Notes: generated by a model from the letters alone, not told the origin. 64,000 nt of DNA from Macrostomum lignano (GCA_002269645.1 NIVC01000587.1:310001-374000), one strand, 5' to 3'. Shown: positions 12,725 to 26,210, counted from the first letter of the stretch. Numbers and translations: made by a program.

Positions 12725-15535
12725 AACAATATCTTGAGATTAGCAAATTATTCTTACGCTGCTCAAACCGATGAGAGCCGCTGTGCAGACTGCGGCCGCA
12801 ATGACGCACCGCTGCGGCGATGGTAACCGAATCATGCCTGTTCAGGTGACTGCGCCAAATTGCCAAATTTTGCACCCGGCTTATAACTTCTCTTCTCTGT
12901 AGCTCTTTAAAGAAGGAATCCAGTGCGCAGTTTAAAAAGTGTTCCTGTGGTTCATTCTCGATATTCCAAATTATGGAACTGCACACTATACGCGCATTTT
13001 GTCTTTCAACGTTGCTGCAGCTGTTATTGGAGAGAAACTAAAGCTTATAGAATACTTTTATGAGCCCACCTGTTGTCTACTTTAAACAGCTGAAACAACT
13101 TCCTCTTCAAGCGATTTAAGAGACCTCAATATGTAGGATGAATGTTTTTTTTGAAAAAGTCTCGGTACCAGCTACATAGCTCGTACTGTGAGTAGTCTGA
13201 ACAGATTTTATGGAGCTACCATCCGAAAGATATAATAATTTTTTGAGACAGCAACAGCCACAAGAAAACAGAAATGCAATGCATTTGTAACACGATTCAG
13301 TGGTGCATTAAACGCTGTCTCTATACGCCCAACTCTATGTCGAATAACACAAAGTTATTCGATAGGCTTTTAAGGCATTGACTTTCAATTGATTACTCGC
13401 AAGAATGAAAAGGGTCTCACAAGAAATACACCCGAAAATTTACTAATGATATTGAGTAAATTAGAAAAATCAGTTTGAGAATGACACACATGTAGGCTTG
13501 ATAAAACCATGCATTATCGATGATCTACTGCACAACCGAAGCTTGATTATTTGAGCACAGCCTCAAGACATGGCGTTATCGATTGAACAGAAGCAGCCAA
13601 GTAGGATCTTGTTAATAATATTAATACGCTCATTGTAGGGAAAGTCTACCATGAAATCGCAAGGCAGGAAAATCTCTTTTGAAAGCAAAATACGCCCTCG
13701 TAGAACAAAAGAAGTTTTGGGCGAATGCAAAAAGTGAGTGAGTGTATTTTAATCTTTGCTAGAGAATTTTTTCTTTATAGCTCAGAATTGCAGTCCGTTA
13801 TGATTAGTTCTTGTTTATCTGCTCGCCTCCCCCCCAGCTCAGTCGACTTCTCTCGAGGAAGATAAGTGTGCTTCTGCCCAGTGTTTTTTTGCTCTAGACT
13901 ACTCATCCACCCCAAGCTCGACTGCAGGGGCGCCACCCGGCTCTCCTTCCTTCTCTCTTCCTCACCCTCTCTCTCTCTCCCTCTCTGGCAGCACAGCAAA
14001 CTGGCTACTAAGTAGCAGTTCAATAGTGCACAACAAGAGCAGAAGGTCTGGCGGGCTTCCTGAACACAGCGGAGAGTCGCGTGATCCGCGCTAAAATCGG
14101 TTCACGCTCGCACTAAAGGGTGAACCCCCCTCCCTCTCCGAAGCCACCCACTTACCCAACTACCCAAATTGAACTCCGGGAGAGAGAGAGGTAGAGATCC
14201 TTATAAAACTATTGCTCCTGTTGTTTCTTTTCATACTGGATTTTTTGTTCCGATCGGGCCTGCAGTCGTCCGCCTTAGAAAATAAAATAGTCTTGTCAGC
14301 CAGTTAGTGGGTCTGACTCAGTATAGGACGTCGGGGGGAGGGTGAGCATACTGCTCACCCAGATACTGAGAGCGTGAAGCAAATCAATATGGTACGTCCT
14401 TTCAGGCGTGGAGGCTCAGCATATATGGCAGCACTGTAATTGCAACGCCTTAGCTCAGCATTGGCCTGTTACTCCCTGGTCGGGGTCATGCATATTAGTT
14501 CTCTTATGAATCGGAAGGGCGCTCGAATGCAGGCACTTTATAAACCAACAGTGGGAGGTACATATATTGTAAAATGCAGTTTTCTTTTGCTTTTCTATAC
14601 AGAATAGCTCGTTATAATTCTCACTGTAATTCTTTAAAGAATTGTTTTTAATGTCCAGCATCGGGTAGTCATTTATTTACACAACAAACATGCACTGGCT
14701 TTAATTCGGTTGTTAAATTACTGTAAGTGAAAGTCATGTAAGACTAAATAACAACTCGGAATTTTGTATGCTAATAATGCAGGAAGGATGAGGAGAATTA
14801 AGTCAAATGTTCCATGTATCTAGGCTTGTGATTGTCAGGTCAGAATGGGGCATTAATTTAACTTACAGTCAATAGCGTCAACGTAATTCTGTTCAGAGAA
14901 GAAAGAGCGCGGTTAAGGCGACAGGTGCAGTTAAACATGTTATATCAATGGATAAAGGAGTAGACTATTGAGCATTTTTGATTTGAAAATAGCTCTTTCG
15001 ACATGACAGATTTAGATTGGGTATTTTGAATTATACATTAACCATTAAGGGTGCTCAATAATATCTCGTATTTACAGATGGACGGGTGCTGAATATCCTA
15101 CAACTGTCTAAAGCAATAAACCTCTAATTAAGAAATTTTCAAAGCACCAATACACGTATCATTGTCAGATGAAATTTATTGATTAAATTAAAAAAATGAA
15201 ATCAACAAGAAAAACAACGACAGGGTTATTGTGCAGACATCGCTTTTGACTATTGAACTGAGGCTCTACCGTATATGCTTTTCGTGCCAAGCAGTGCATG
15301 GGTCTCCAAAAAAATTTGTAGAGGAAACAAAGCCCTTAGTTGCTCTCTCCGTGTGTCTTATCGAACATCTTTTTCGAAGTTTGATCATTTGTATCAAAAC
15401 CATCCCAGCCACAAACACTGTGCTTACTATTGACTGTATGTGTTTGCTTTGCGTGAGGATCATATTAAGTCTCCAATGTCTCAGTAAGATCGTCAAAATC
15501 GATAATAGTCAGGACAGCCAGGGTCTCTCTGTCCC

Positions 15536-18500
15536 TCAAGCCGGATTCGACTCTGTGGCGGAGAACCGCTGCAGGCAGAACACGTGATCGGTGGGCAGGA
15601 TGCGGAAAGTTGCCGGCGGATTGGTGATGACGTATCGCTTGTAAGGCGCCGGTGGCGTCGCCTGCTGTTCACTGTCGGTCGCTTCGTGCTCGGCCGCTAG
15701 GAACCTGTAGAGGCCGATGCAGAGGATGCCGTGGCGCCGCAGGGCGCCCAGGAACAGGTCCGAATACGTACTGCCCGGCTGACTCAATTCGCGCAGCCGG
15801 TCGTCTGCAAGTGGCAGCTGAGTGACCCGAGTCCGGTCTCGGTTGCGTAGCGTCTCCGGACTGCTGAAGCCGCCCCGTATGCCGGCGCCCTCCGCCAAGA
15901 TCTGCTCCAACTCCGGAGTGGCGCCGCCCGTGACCAGCGTACGGATAAGTGTTAGGGCGTTTTCATTGAAGTAGGCAGTGCTCATCAGCGAGTCAAGCAC
16001 GCTGACAGCAAAGGAGGTGCCACAAGCGAAGGGCTGTGTCATGTACAGCGCCGTGTCTGGATCGTCGTCATCATCCTGGTCGAGAAACTGAACGTTGCCG
16101 TCCACGGCCAGCTCGGTCAGGACGCGAACATTGTTTGCTCGACGCCGACTCTCTGGCGGCGTATCGAAGGTCATCGCTTTGATGTTCAAGGAGCAGAGAA
16201 TGGCCTCCTTATCAACTAGAGTTGCATCGTCTCCGCCCGAGTTCTGCTTTGAACTGAGAACTACGCACATTTGGGCCAGGTTAATGTTCACGGCGCGAAG
16301 ATTGGACCGGTTCAAGGGGGATCCGGGAAACACACTCAGCTTGGGAAAATTCATCAGCGTCTTCCACTCGCGGCGCATGTAGTCGGTATTGCCAACGAAG
16401 ATCACGTGACGCAATTCGCCGTAATGAAAATTGCTGGCCCTGAGTGGCATGACAAAACTGCGCAAGCCAATTAATGGGCTAGATGCATCGCGAATAGGCA
16501 AACAACAATATGATTACTGAAAACAGTCAGTGACATCTGCTCCCGATCGAGCAATGCTTCCTCGAAACTAACATCTGGACACAGTGAAACATGCCAGTTG
16601 AGTCAAATTTTCTCTCTACCTGGTCCAGCAGCTTGGCTTCTTGTGCGCTCACAATCATCGACTGTTTCCTACCTCCCCTGAGCTGTCGTAGTTCCGTAGC
16701 CTCGCCCACTGGAGTTCCATCAGCGACGCCGGCGCTACCGTTTCGAGCTGAATTCTGCTGCTCAACAGTCTTCGGGAATTTGGCATTCGCGTGGCGATTG
16801 CGGAAAATCATCTTTGAAGGTGGCTTCTCGGCGACAGATCGACAGCGGCACTTTCTGATCAGCTTGGCATCGTCTACGTCACCGTGGCAGCGTTTGCAGT
16901 AGAAGTAGGCCTTCTTTACCTCTTCAGCCGACTGTGCCACAAAAATCCTTGCGTGCCTTTTTGCACGACAACGTTTTCTTTTGGATTGATAGCGATGCAG
17001 CTTTCAGAGCTATTTGCGTCGTTCCTAGCCTCCACTGCAATAAGCAGCAGACGGAGCTTGCTGAAGCAGAGCTCAGCAGCTGCTGGAAAAGTTAGTCCCT
17101 CGAAAGCTGGCGACAGGAACTCGGTATACATCTCGGCTCCGGCGCCCTCTAGGTAGTTGTTGAGCCACACTGGCATCTCCTTGCCCTCACGGTAGCTCCG
17201 CATTGTGAAAAGGTTTGCCAGTAGGGTGGAGAAACCGAAAGCCAGGCAACTCTGCGCTATGAAGCCCAGTTTCAGTTCAGCTACGCAGACAGCATCATCG
17301 CCCTGTTTCCAATCCCAACTGGGGATGTTTAACAAATAGGTCTTGTTATGGTACTGCATCAGCTGGATAATCACCTTGATGTGGTCGCAAAAGTTTTTGA
17401 TGGAGATGACTCGCATTATATTGGCGGCGTCCTCGGCGTCCGGGTCGGGGCAGTAGCGGTTGGCAAGCACCAGGCATGCGTCAGCTGTGGGCAGATCTAC
17501 ACGGCCCAGGTCGCGCGCGTTCATGACGGAGCCCTGGAAGAAATCGACTTGAGTGAAGTGTCGCTTTAGTAAACCTTGAAGCTCTAAATCTGGCACGTGC
17601 TTGTCCAATATTACTATCTGAACGTCGACATCCTCGCGGTCTTCATGTAGAAAGTCGCCGAGGAAGTTAGATACAGATTCGTAGGTGATGTGGCCGCACA
17701 GGACGATATGCTGCTTACCAGCTTCCTTGTGGAAGTGGCCGCCGTATTTGTTGCGCGAGCTGAGAATGTCTGCGATCTCCGGGATGGAGTTAGCAAACAC
17801 GGCCAGACCTCCCATGATCACCAGCGCTGAGAATATCCGACCCGTTGTGGTCGTACAAAAAACGTCTCCGTAGCCCACTGTGGCTATGGTTACTATCACA
17901 AAGTAGATGCAGGTAAAATAGTTCATGTCAAAGTTACGGTTTCGGTTGGTGAACGATGGAGGATCACCCGAATTCTCGGCTAGATGAATGAAACCAGCAG
18001 CTGTAAGAACCAACGAGGCAAAAAATGTGATGAGTTGAAACAGGCGGATACTGGTGCTTGTGCGCAGCACATTCAGATACTGAAGAACATCCGGTAAGCT
18101 GAGGATCCGCAAGGCCCGGGTAAATCGTAGTCCGATCCAAGTTCGATTCATGTAAATGGCCACGAAACTGGGTGGTATAGTAAAGATGTCCACCAGACTG
18201 TAAAGTTCGAACCAGAACCACAGCTTGTCATGCGCAGCTATGAACCTGATAAAAAAGTACAATAGAAACACAATGTTAAAAGCTAAATCGACTTGATGGC
18301 TAACGTTCTCTGGCCAGGAAACGCACTCCTCAGTTTCCACCATTCGCACTGTGTCCGCTATGTACACGACGAGCGATGCGATGCTGACTAGGAAGACCAG
18401 GACAACAAGGATACGCCCGGTGGCTGTCTGGCCAGAAATCAGCTCCCCGCCCAGTCCTTGGCTTCAGTCGTCCAGCTTAGTTTCGGGCCCTCATCCTCGG

Positions 18501-18735
18501 ATGTTTGCTCGCCGGGAGCGTTGGCGTTGGCATTACTTGAGTTTTCAGTGTCGCTTTTGACGCGGCGGGCGCGCTGATAAGCGTCATATCGCACGAACAG
18601 GTACTCGGCTAGGCGGTATAGCAGCACCAAAGTCACACCGCTAGCGAGAGCGATGCCGCTGGACGAGAGGTACACGTACCATCTGCGATTGGCCACGCAC
18701 AGGGCGGTCGTTGCCGTGGCATTTAACGACGACAT
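15536..18735 (-). CDS. slo: Slo1 / BK calcium-activated potassium channel alpha subunit, intronless (~1067 aa once four 1-nt deletions are corrected)
   Basis: S0 (WYVYLSSS), [16 protein letters not shown]4 GLRFTRALR, pore TVGYGD, PEIADIL..KYGG, RCK1 [21 protein letters not shown]2, and calcium bowl [12 protein letters not shown]. The ORF pieces are collinear and joined by -1 slips at ~18446, ~16943, ~16582 and ~16490. Confidence 0.95.
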
Positions 18736-21373
18736 TCAATACGTGACGCCTTGTCTATGAAAAACCTGGTCTATACCTATCTATGACCTTTTTCTGGCCG
18801 CGTTATTGTCTAGCTGGAGCCGTCGATACCCCTCTTTGTCGATTACTACCGCATGGGACTCCACCCAGCAGGCCCCGCCCTTTTTGCGCCAAAACTTACT
18901 ACCCTTCGGTCTCTCTTCATTCTTCCCAGTTCGTCTATCCAAAAGCGATCTGGACAACTGGCCGCCCCACCATTGGCTGTTGTGCCCCTAGCCAACCTCC
19001 ATACAGTTGGTCTGCAGTACTTAGGACTGAATTTTGCTCGGCACTTCGGAGTAGAGTGGTGGCCCGGTCAGTTTCGTTGCGTACAATAGATTTTTCCCAC
19101 TCCCAATCGTCTTTCTCTCTTTAAGCAGGCACGTTTCTTCTTTAATCCTTTCTTCCTCGAGGCGCGGGCAGAGGTTGATCCCATTCGCAAGCAAGTTGCG
19201 GTTGTTTGGCGAGCGTTCTAATGTTCTATGCAATTCTCTGAGCTCTGCTTCTGCCAGCGGTGCATTTCTGGCTGGCAACAGGACCAGGCTAGAGTTTGTG
19301 CTATTGCGGGGGGCAGGGTTGCGCGATCAGGCCAGGGAATTTTCAACTACTACGCGTAGAAATGAAAAAAGTCAGTATTGTCATCCTTGTACGCTCGTAT
19401 GAGCTGCTCTGGGTACTTGAGAGAGCTGCTAACGCTTTATGGGAACCGGATAATATCGGATTCAGACAAAAATGAGCAAAAAAGTTTGAGGAAAATGAAA
19501 CATGACAGCTTGTTTCCGTCTGTCATCTTGCATGCCTTCTAAAAATTGCCACTTTCCTGACAACGATCAGATACTCCCTGGTTTATTTTATTGGATAAAG
19601 TACTAGCTGAATCCGTTTTGAGGAACCGATCGAGTACTCGTATGTGGCTCGTAGATCAAATCAGTTGTGGTTTATAACTATAGGCAAAGCCAAGTTTCGC
19701 TTTTGTATGTAGAACAAGCGCTGAGCTGAACACACCCTTATTTGGAGTGTCCCACTCATATGGATTGAGAAGTAGAAACTAATTCAGAAAGAGGGGTCGA
19801 TTGTTCAAACGATTTAATCGATCGACTCTTCTGAACTGGATCGAAAGCGTTCTGTCTTAAAGAAGTAAAACCTGCTGGACTCTTTCTGAATCTTATACAA
19901 ATAGTTCTCCGTCGTTTTTATCTAACAAAGATCTCCCCTTTTAAGAGCTGTTGGCTTCTCAATTCTACAGTAACTCGTAGTGGGGGTAGCACTGGGGGCA
20001 CAGCTGTATCGAAATGTTCGCTTCTATATGCAAACTATAGTTAATACAATTAATAATCTTATACTGTATTCAATTCATGGCTGCTAATAGCTCAAAGTAC
20101 AGTAAAAATTCATTAGTATACATGTATTTTTTTTACGCCCGGGGCCCGGAGCTCGTGCAAATCAATTAGCTTGGAAAAAATTAACTGATTTTTCCTGCTT
20201 TTGCAGTTCGCAAGATATCTCATATATTTCGCAAGATATGCTAATTAAACAGGGCGTAATCGTGATTATTTAAAAAACTACTCAAGTAGGAAGGGAATTA
20301 ACTACACGTTTCTTGGAAAAATTTTATGATACAGGTTTTAACAAAAAGTATACATTACGGAGATAGGCATGCAGTTTTCATTCTTCGGCACAAATCTTGT
20401 TATTGCTTTTGATAGGAGGCATGAGACCCAATGTTCATCTTTTGCTATGACTTGCCTTTCTTTTAGCTAGCTATTCCATTAATAAAGTTTTTCGTTTAGA
20501 AAACTAGGATTCGAGCTCGTATTAATTTTAAAAATGCCACAACTCTGGGCTCATAATTTTATGAATCTATTTTATCATTGGATTAAGCATTTTGCTACAC
20601 AGTCATTCAAGGACTACTCAAGTAACATATATATAACAAGTAACTTAAGTTGTCCTTGCAGTCATTAAGCTAAGAAAAATAAAATAGAGCTCTGCCATTT
20701 TCATGATTTTAGGCACGTACGCTACAGCCTGCATACGACGAGTTACACTGAGATGTTGGATATGAAATAATAAAATAAAAATAGGCTAAAGCCTGATCCG
20801 AAAAACTTGCAGTTTTCCCATATAAGTTTCGATGCTGACTTGCTAGTAGTGAAAGAGTTCACTTGCAACACACAAGCATCGCGTCGGTTTTGGTGTATTA
20901 AGACAATTCTACTTTTCAAAATAAAATGGTTTATTAATACTAATAGAGGTATAAGAAAGGTAATTAATATCAAAAGGTGAACATTAGGCCTGCCTTTTAC
21001 CAAAAGCAGTAACAATTTTTGGCTAGGAATCTGGAACCAACGCAACAAGCTTCGTTATTACCTAGTAAAACAAATCATTGCAATTATTAAATCGGTAATC
21101 TAATTTACTTGGTTTTTAACCCATCTGCTAAGTTTTATATCGTTTATTTATGTAGCTTCTGAGTAATGTAATGTTTTCACAAAGTTTAAGTATCGCTTTA
21201 GCGTTAATTCATTTTATTCTATTTTCGGGAAGTTAATTGTATATACTTAGGTCAGCTAGCCAGGGGCATATCAACAAACGTATAGTTAGTGACATATGTC
21301 GTTAACCTTGGTGTAGCAATTTTTATATAACAATTTAGAGGCATTCAGAATTTCTTTCGATTGCAGTTAAAAG

Positions 21374-24300
21374 ATGGCCAGCCTGTGCATCAGTTTAATG
21401 TTGGTAGTCGTTTACCTTCCTCAAATTGTAATTTCGTTTACTGCTGAAGGTAAGAAATTTCATTTCATGTTTTTAAGTTTAGTGGTCTATACGCTTTATA
21501 TTTTGTCATATGACATCATAAATATATATTAATAGCACTACTATATCTACCCAAAGTTCAAGAAGGCCCATTTGTTTAGTTTTTAGCTGAAGTTATTTAA
21601 GTATAATTTTTTAAATATTTGTATTTGAGTGTATATTTTATTAAATAATTCAGCCTAGGCCTACTTAGATTTATAAGCATGTCCAATTAGCTTTTGACAT
21701 ATTTTATGTTTTAACTACTTAAAGCATAAAAGCTTTTATGTCCTATTTAGTATTTATGACAATGATATAAATGATGATTTTTTAAACTAGACTTGCTCAC
21801 TTTGAGATAAAGAGTTATATATTAATAAAGGAAAAAAGCAAGTCCTGTATGAGAAAGTATTTAAAAAAAGATAAAAGCTGAATTTCATCTAATATTATAT
21901 AAAATAACCATTTAAAAAAAGAAATTAATATACAGTAGCGCAACCAGAAATTTTTCAAGGGGGGGGGATTCTGAGGGTAAAGTCCTGGGAGGGGGGGGGC
22001 GGTGGAGGGGTGGCTCTGTTTTTGGCGAAAATTCGCTTGGTCCCCCCTTTGATTTTTTTCGGTCCCCCGCCTAAGGGGGGGGCGACCGCCCCCCCCCCCC
22101 CCTGGTTGCGCCATTGTTAATATATAGGTATACTAGATTGCCATCATAGATATAGCCTAAATGTCTTATATGAATGATAGGTAGATACATTCAAGCAGAA
22201 TACAATATTAATGATGATATTGTGGCGGCCAGACTGTACGTGACCGGCAGCACCAGTGTAGCCACACTGGAAACCCCCCCAACCTCTGTCTAGCTGAGGT
22301 GGGGTGGTTGCGCACCACGCTAGCCGGCTCCCTAAGCCAGGGGGTTGGCATAGCCAATCACGCCATGCCACCTGTTTTGCACCTCCCTTGGCTTGGCCCC
22401 TCTATCTGGTGTTGTTTGTAAATATATAAATACACGCACAAAGCAGCATAAACTCTTCGCTGCCATTCCATCTATTGAAACAAAAAGGCCTTCCGCCTTG
22501 ATATATATGATAACATAAAATTATATAAATTACAAAAATAATGGTACTAGATAAAATGTATTAAAATCTATTCATGCTATAAGATCTATTTTATATCCTA
22601 CTTAAAATAGCATTTTTTAGAATGATATAAGTTTTTCTTAATTTTTACTTTTAATTAGGACTTTTATATTAACTAATCATTCAACTATTGATCGATATAA
22701 TTTAACAACTATATAGTATAATATTAATTTGATTCTTTAATGTTTTTTTTCAAAACACAGTTAAAATGGATTCCTGCTATGACACCACAAGGCGAGGCCA
22801 TGGATTCCGTGTTACAAATGGTCCAATAGTCTCCAATTTTAACTGCACAATGTACTTTGAAGCACCAGATCCAAACTTGTACATCGCTGTACGCTTGAAC
22901 AAAGTCGACCTGCGCAGAATCGGTCAAAGCTGCCCAACCTTCACAGTGTACATGTTCACTGGCTGGCGCATGGATGTAGTGCCAGACGAGTGGATTGGCT
23001 CCGAGGTCCGTGTGCCAGCCGACCCGCTGCCGCTGATGAGCTGCAACTGCACCAACTATCTGCAGAAATGCCCCGATCTGCACTTTGACGAGACCAAAGG
23101 CCCGTCGCAGAAGATCATGCTGTCCTATAATCCGGATGATCCCAAACGAACTGTACAACGCCAGGATGCATTCGATGTCACTCTGAGCAGCTTTCTGCGC
23201 GGCTCCTCCTTTGTTTGTCCGACTGGCTACTTCAGCTGCTGGCACTACCGCTACCGCTGTCTACCCGATTCGCTTGTGTGCGACGGATTCGATAGTTGCT
23301 ACGATAATTCGGACGAATTCGCTTATTCCTGCACTGGCCGCATCGCCAATATGACACTGCCAGTGTTCATCGTCATGGTGCTATGTGAGCCGCCCCGCTG
23401 GCATGCACAACTTGATTGGCGTTTCAAATCGGGGAGGCCTCTTTTTGTACTGCCCTACCCGAAATTTTGTGCATGTTTAGTCTAGTTCTTTCGTTTGCAC
23501 ACAACAGATAGGCGAGTTTCTGAGCACATTCTTTCAAATTTTGATAGGACTGATGCTACAGCTACACACAGTTACACGCTCACACAGGGTGTACAATAGC
23601 CCTGGCTTTTTAACTGTCAGACATGTCCACTCTGTGCCTTGGTGGTTGGCTCTCATGGCTTTGAATCGCACAACAACCCCGAAACCAATCTTTGCGCACA
23701 GGCTCTTAAATGACTTTTCATTTGGCCTTTCATAAAATCAAACCAAGGGTCGTAGCGCGTCATAGTTGCTGCCTTGAACCCTGTCAAATTTCAAAGTCAA
23801 CTTTTAAAGGTGACAGGTACTCGTAATGATTGCAATAAAGAGAAGTTGAAGCCTTTTATCAAAATTTGTGAGAAGATCTGTTGTAAGTTAAGAGAATTGG
23901 ACGAGACTAAACATCAAACATGAAGAAAATTTAGGCAGGCCAGTGTCCCTTCCTGCATGGTAGAGAAAACTCAAAATCAACATTTTAGTTTTGCCAATGC
24001 ATTTCGACCACAATCGGTCATCTTCAGGGCAGACGCGTCAATTAATCACACAGAACCAAGTTATATATTTTATTTAAGAAATGAAGACTGTACAATGCCA
24101 AGTGCAAATCAATTTCAGTCCAGTCCGGTTAGCAAGAGAAAGAAAACCTAAATAAAGTTCAACGAGACTGCCAACGTAGCTAAAACACATTGAGTTGGCG
24201 GCTTGCACCCCCCATGGCTAACTGGCTGTTCAAACTTGGTTTCTGAGCCTTGATGTACATAGCCTCGAGAATGTTCAATTTGTTTTCTTTGCTACAGGAA

Positions 24301-25339
24301 ACGATAACTTTAAACATATCACAACAGTTCATATTGCAGCAGGAGTTGCACGTGAGAAGGTGCTCATTGATGGCAGAATTTCTAATCCAATGCTCCTTAA
24401 CCCTTGTGTACAAGTGTCGCTTAGTGTTACCAATGTAGGTGATGTTCTAGGTGATGTTGGTTGATGTCCAGGAACACGGGACTTCAACCTGCAGACAAAC
24501 TGAGCAATCTTTCCGTACGGAACAAAACCCCGAGCCGGATCGTAGTCCCGTCATTGTGGTTCCTTATTTAGGCCTCTGCTCCATGGAGTTTAGAAAGAAA
24601 GTGGAAAAAATATTTAGAAGTCACATTGATTCCCAGCTCCGGGTTTTGTTCCGTGCGGAAAGGATTGCTCGGTTTGTCTGCAGGTTGAAGTACAAAAGTA
24701 CCTTCCCGAAGTTCTCTACCTGCCTTTATTAAAAAGCCTTCAACTGCATTTCAGCCTGCGTGATCGGATTCTCCATACTGGTCTTTGTTGCCGTCCTAAT
24801 CTTCAAACGGCAGATGCGCAACCGCAGACAAGAACGAAGTGAGCCTGCGTTTTATAGGAGGACGTTGTCTCTACCATCCCCAGGCATTCACAGTGCCGCT
24901 ACCTCCCTATCAGATCAGTCCTTCACAGAGTGCCGCTACCTCCCTATCAGTCCTTCACAGAGTGCCGCTGACTCCTTATCAGTCCTTCACAGAGTGCCAC
25001 TGTCTCCTTATCAGTCCTTCAAAGAGTGCCACTGCCTTCTTATCAGTTCTTCACTAAGTGCGGCTACCTCCTTATCAGCCCTTCACAGAGTGCCACTGCC
25101 TCCGTATTAGTCCCTCACAGAGTGCCACTGCCTCCTTATCAGTTCTTCACTAAGTGCGGCTACTTCCTTATCAGTCCTTCACAGAGTTATCTTTTTCCAG
25201 TCTTAGAATTAACATACTGTACTTTCCATATAAGGAATTCGCCTTATCAATTCATTTTGCGCTTGCTTTGCAGACGAATGGGGCGAAGTTGTCAAACGGT
25301 CGTCACACCAAGCGTTCGCCGTTCCAGTCTCGGATCCGC

Positions 25340-25385
<46 letters not shown>

Positions 25386-25455
25386 ACTATTTCCTGGCAG
25401 CCTGCCAATGGGATTTGACAGCACTGCTGCAGAAGATCCTCGGTACGTGATGTGA
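21374..25455 (+). CDS. Single-pass membrane protein: signal peptide, CUB-like domain, one LDLa repeat, TM, polyQ tail (MIG-13/LRP12/Neto-like architecture)
   Basis: Exons 21374-21449, 22761-23384, 24755-24838 and 25274-25455 have GT-AG sites and matching phases. Signal peptide MASLCISLMLVVVYL; LDLa CPTGYFSC..CLPDSLVCDGFDSCYDNSDE..C; TM followed by KRQMRNRR; Q14 in the tail. The CUB assignment is by pattern only. Confidence 0.85.
21933..22116. mobile_element. hAT-type MITE in intron 1 of the LDLa gene
   Basis: TIR CAGTAGCGCAACCAG / CTGGTTGCGCCATTG; perfect 8-bp TSD TTAATATA at 21925-21932 and 22117-22124. Confidence 0.88.
24180..24732 (-). mobile_element. Penelope-like element 3' fragment (RT C-terminus plus GIY-YIG endonuclease), intronic, antisense to host
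   Basis: VPYLGLCSMEFRKKV..LRVLF, then ITYIGNTKRHLYTRVKEH..SAINEHL..ILEAMYIKAQKPSLN; frameshifted. Confidence 0.8.
24890..25190. repeat. 32-bp intronic minisatellite (CCTTATCAGTCCTTCACAGAGTGCCACTGCCT)n
   Basis: About 9 degenerate copies in intron 3 of the LDLa gene. Confidence 0.9.
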
Positions 25456-26070
25456 GCTCTCGCTACGGCAAGATTGAGTACGAAATCCAGCTGAGTTGTT
25501 CATAATTTAACATTAATTAACAATTTGGCTTCGATTCCATAGGAATCTGTTCTGCTTTTTTGTGCAATCTCCACTTTATTGTCTTTTTTATCTTTTTAAC
25601 CTAGTTTTATCGTCAAATGCATTGGCAACATTAAAGGCAATATATCTCTGTGTAGTTTATTAAATTTCTACATTCTCTAGTCTTGTTTTAGTGGCAATTT
25701 TTTCAACTCATTTCTTTACACGTTTGAATTCTAGAAGCTCTCGTGTACATTCCACATAACTGCAATACTGCACTCCCGTGTTTACTTACTGTTTATCCTT
25801 TAATTCCAACACTTTAGATACGGTAACTTTCAATTTGTTTTAGAAATGTTATTAAAACAGCTACTTTTCTCTATTACTTTTTAAATTGTCTATTCTATAT
25901 TACGAATGGTTAATAAAGTACACCCTTGATTCATATTTTAACTAATTGTTACTAAAAATATATCAACATAGGCAGGCAGTGCCAGTCCGAGTGGGAAAAA
26001 AAACAATTTAATAAAAAGCTGAAATTTAAGTAGAGTTACGACTTCAAGACTTTGTTAACTTTCATACATG

Positions 26071-26210
26071 CGCAACCTTGGGAATCACTGCTGTTTCTAT
26101 TGGCAACACACACATGTAAGTCGCTATTGGCTGAGAGCAGTCACGTGACTACTATTCCGTCCAATGTGTGTGTTGCCAAAAGAAACGGCCGGGTGAATCC
26201 CTAGGTTGCG
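26071..26210. mobile_element. Palindromic MITE-like element
   Basis: GCGCAACCTTGGGAATCAC..TTGGCAACACACACAT pairs with ATGTGTGTGTTGCCAA..GTGAATCCCTAGGTTGCGC (~45-bp imperfect arms). Confidence 0.65.

Noticed and set aside
15536-18735. Calling slo a processed pseudogene
   Set aside because: No premature stops once four homopolymer-type deletions are corrected, and all key motifs are conserved; sequencing error is more parsimonious, pending reads.
18783-21048. Short ORFs upstream of slo and at 20743-21048
   Set aside because: No recognisable domain, no consistent splice structure; likely UTR, intergenic DNA or old repeats.
22724-23245. 173-aa antisense ORF, and similar shadow ORFs over slo, BPHL and RepHel
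   Set aside because: Reverse-strand or alternate-frame shadows of well-supported GC-rich exons.
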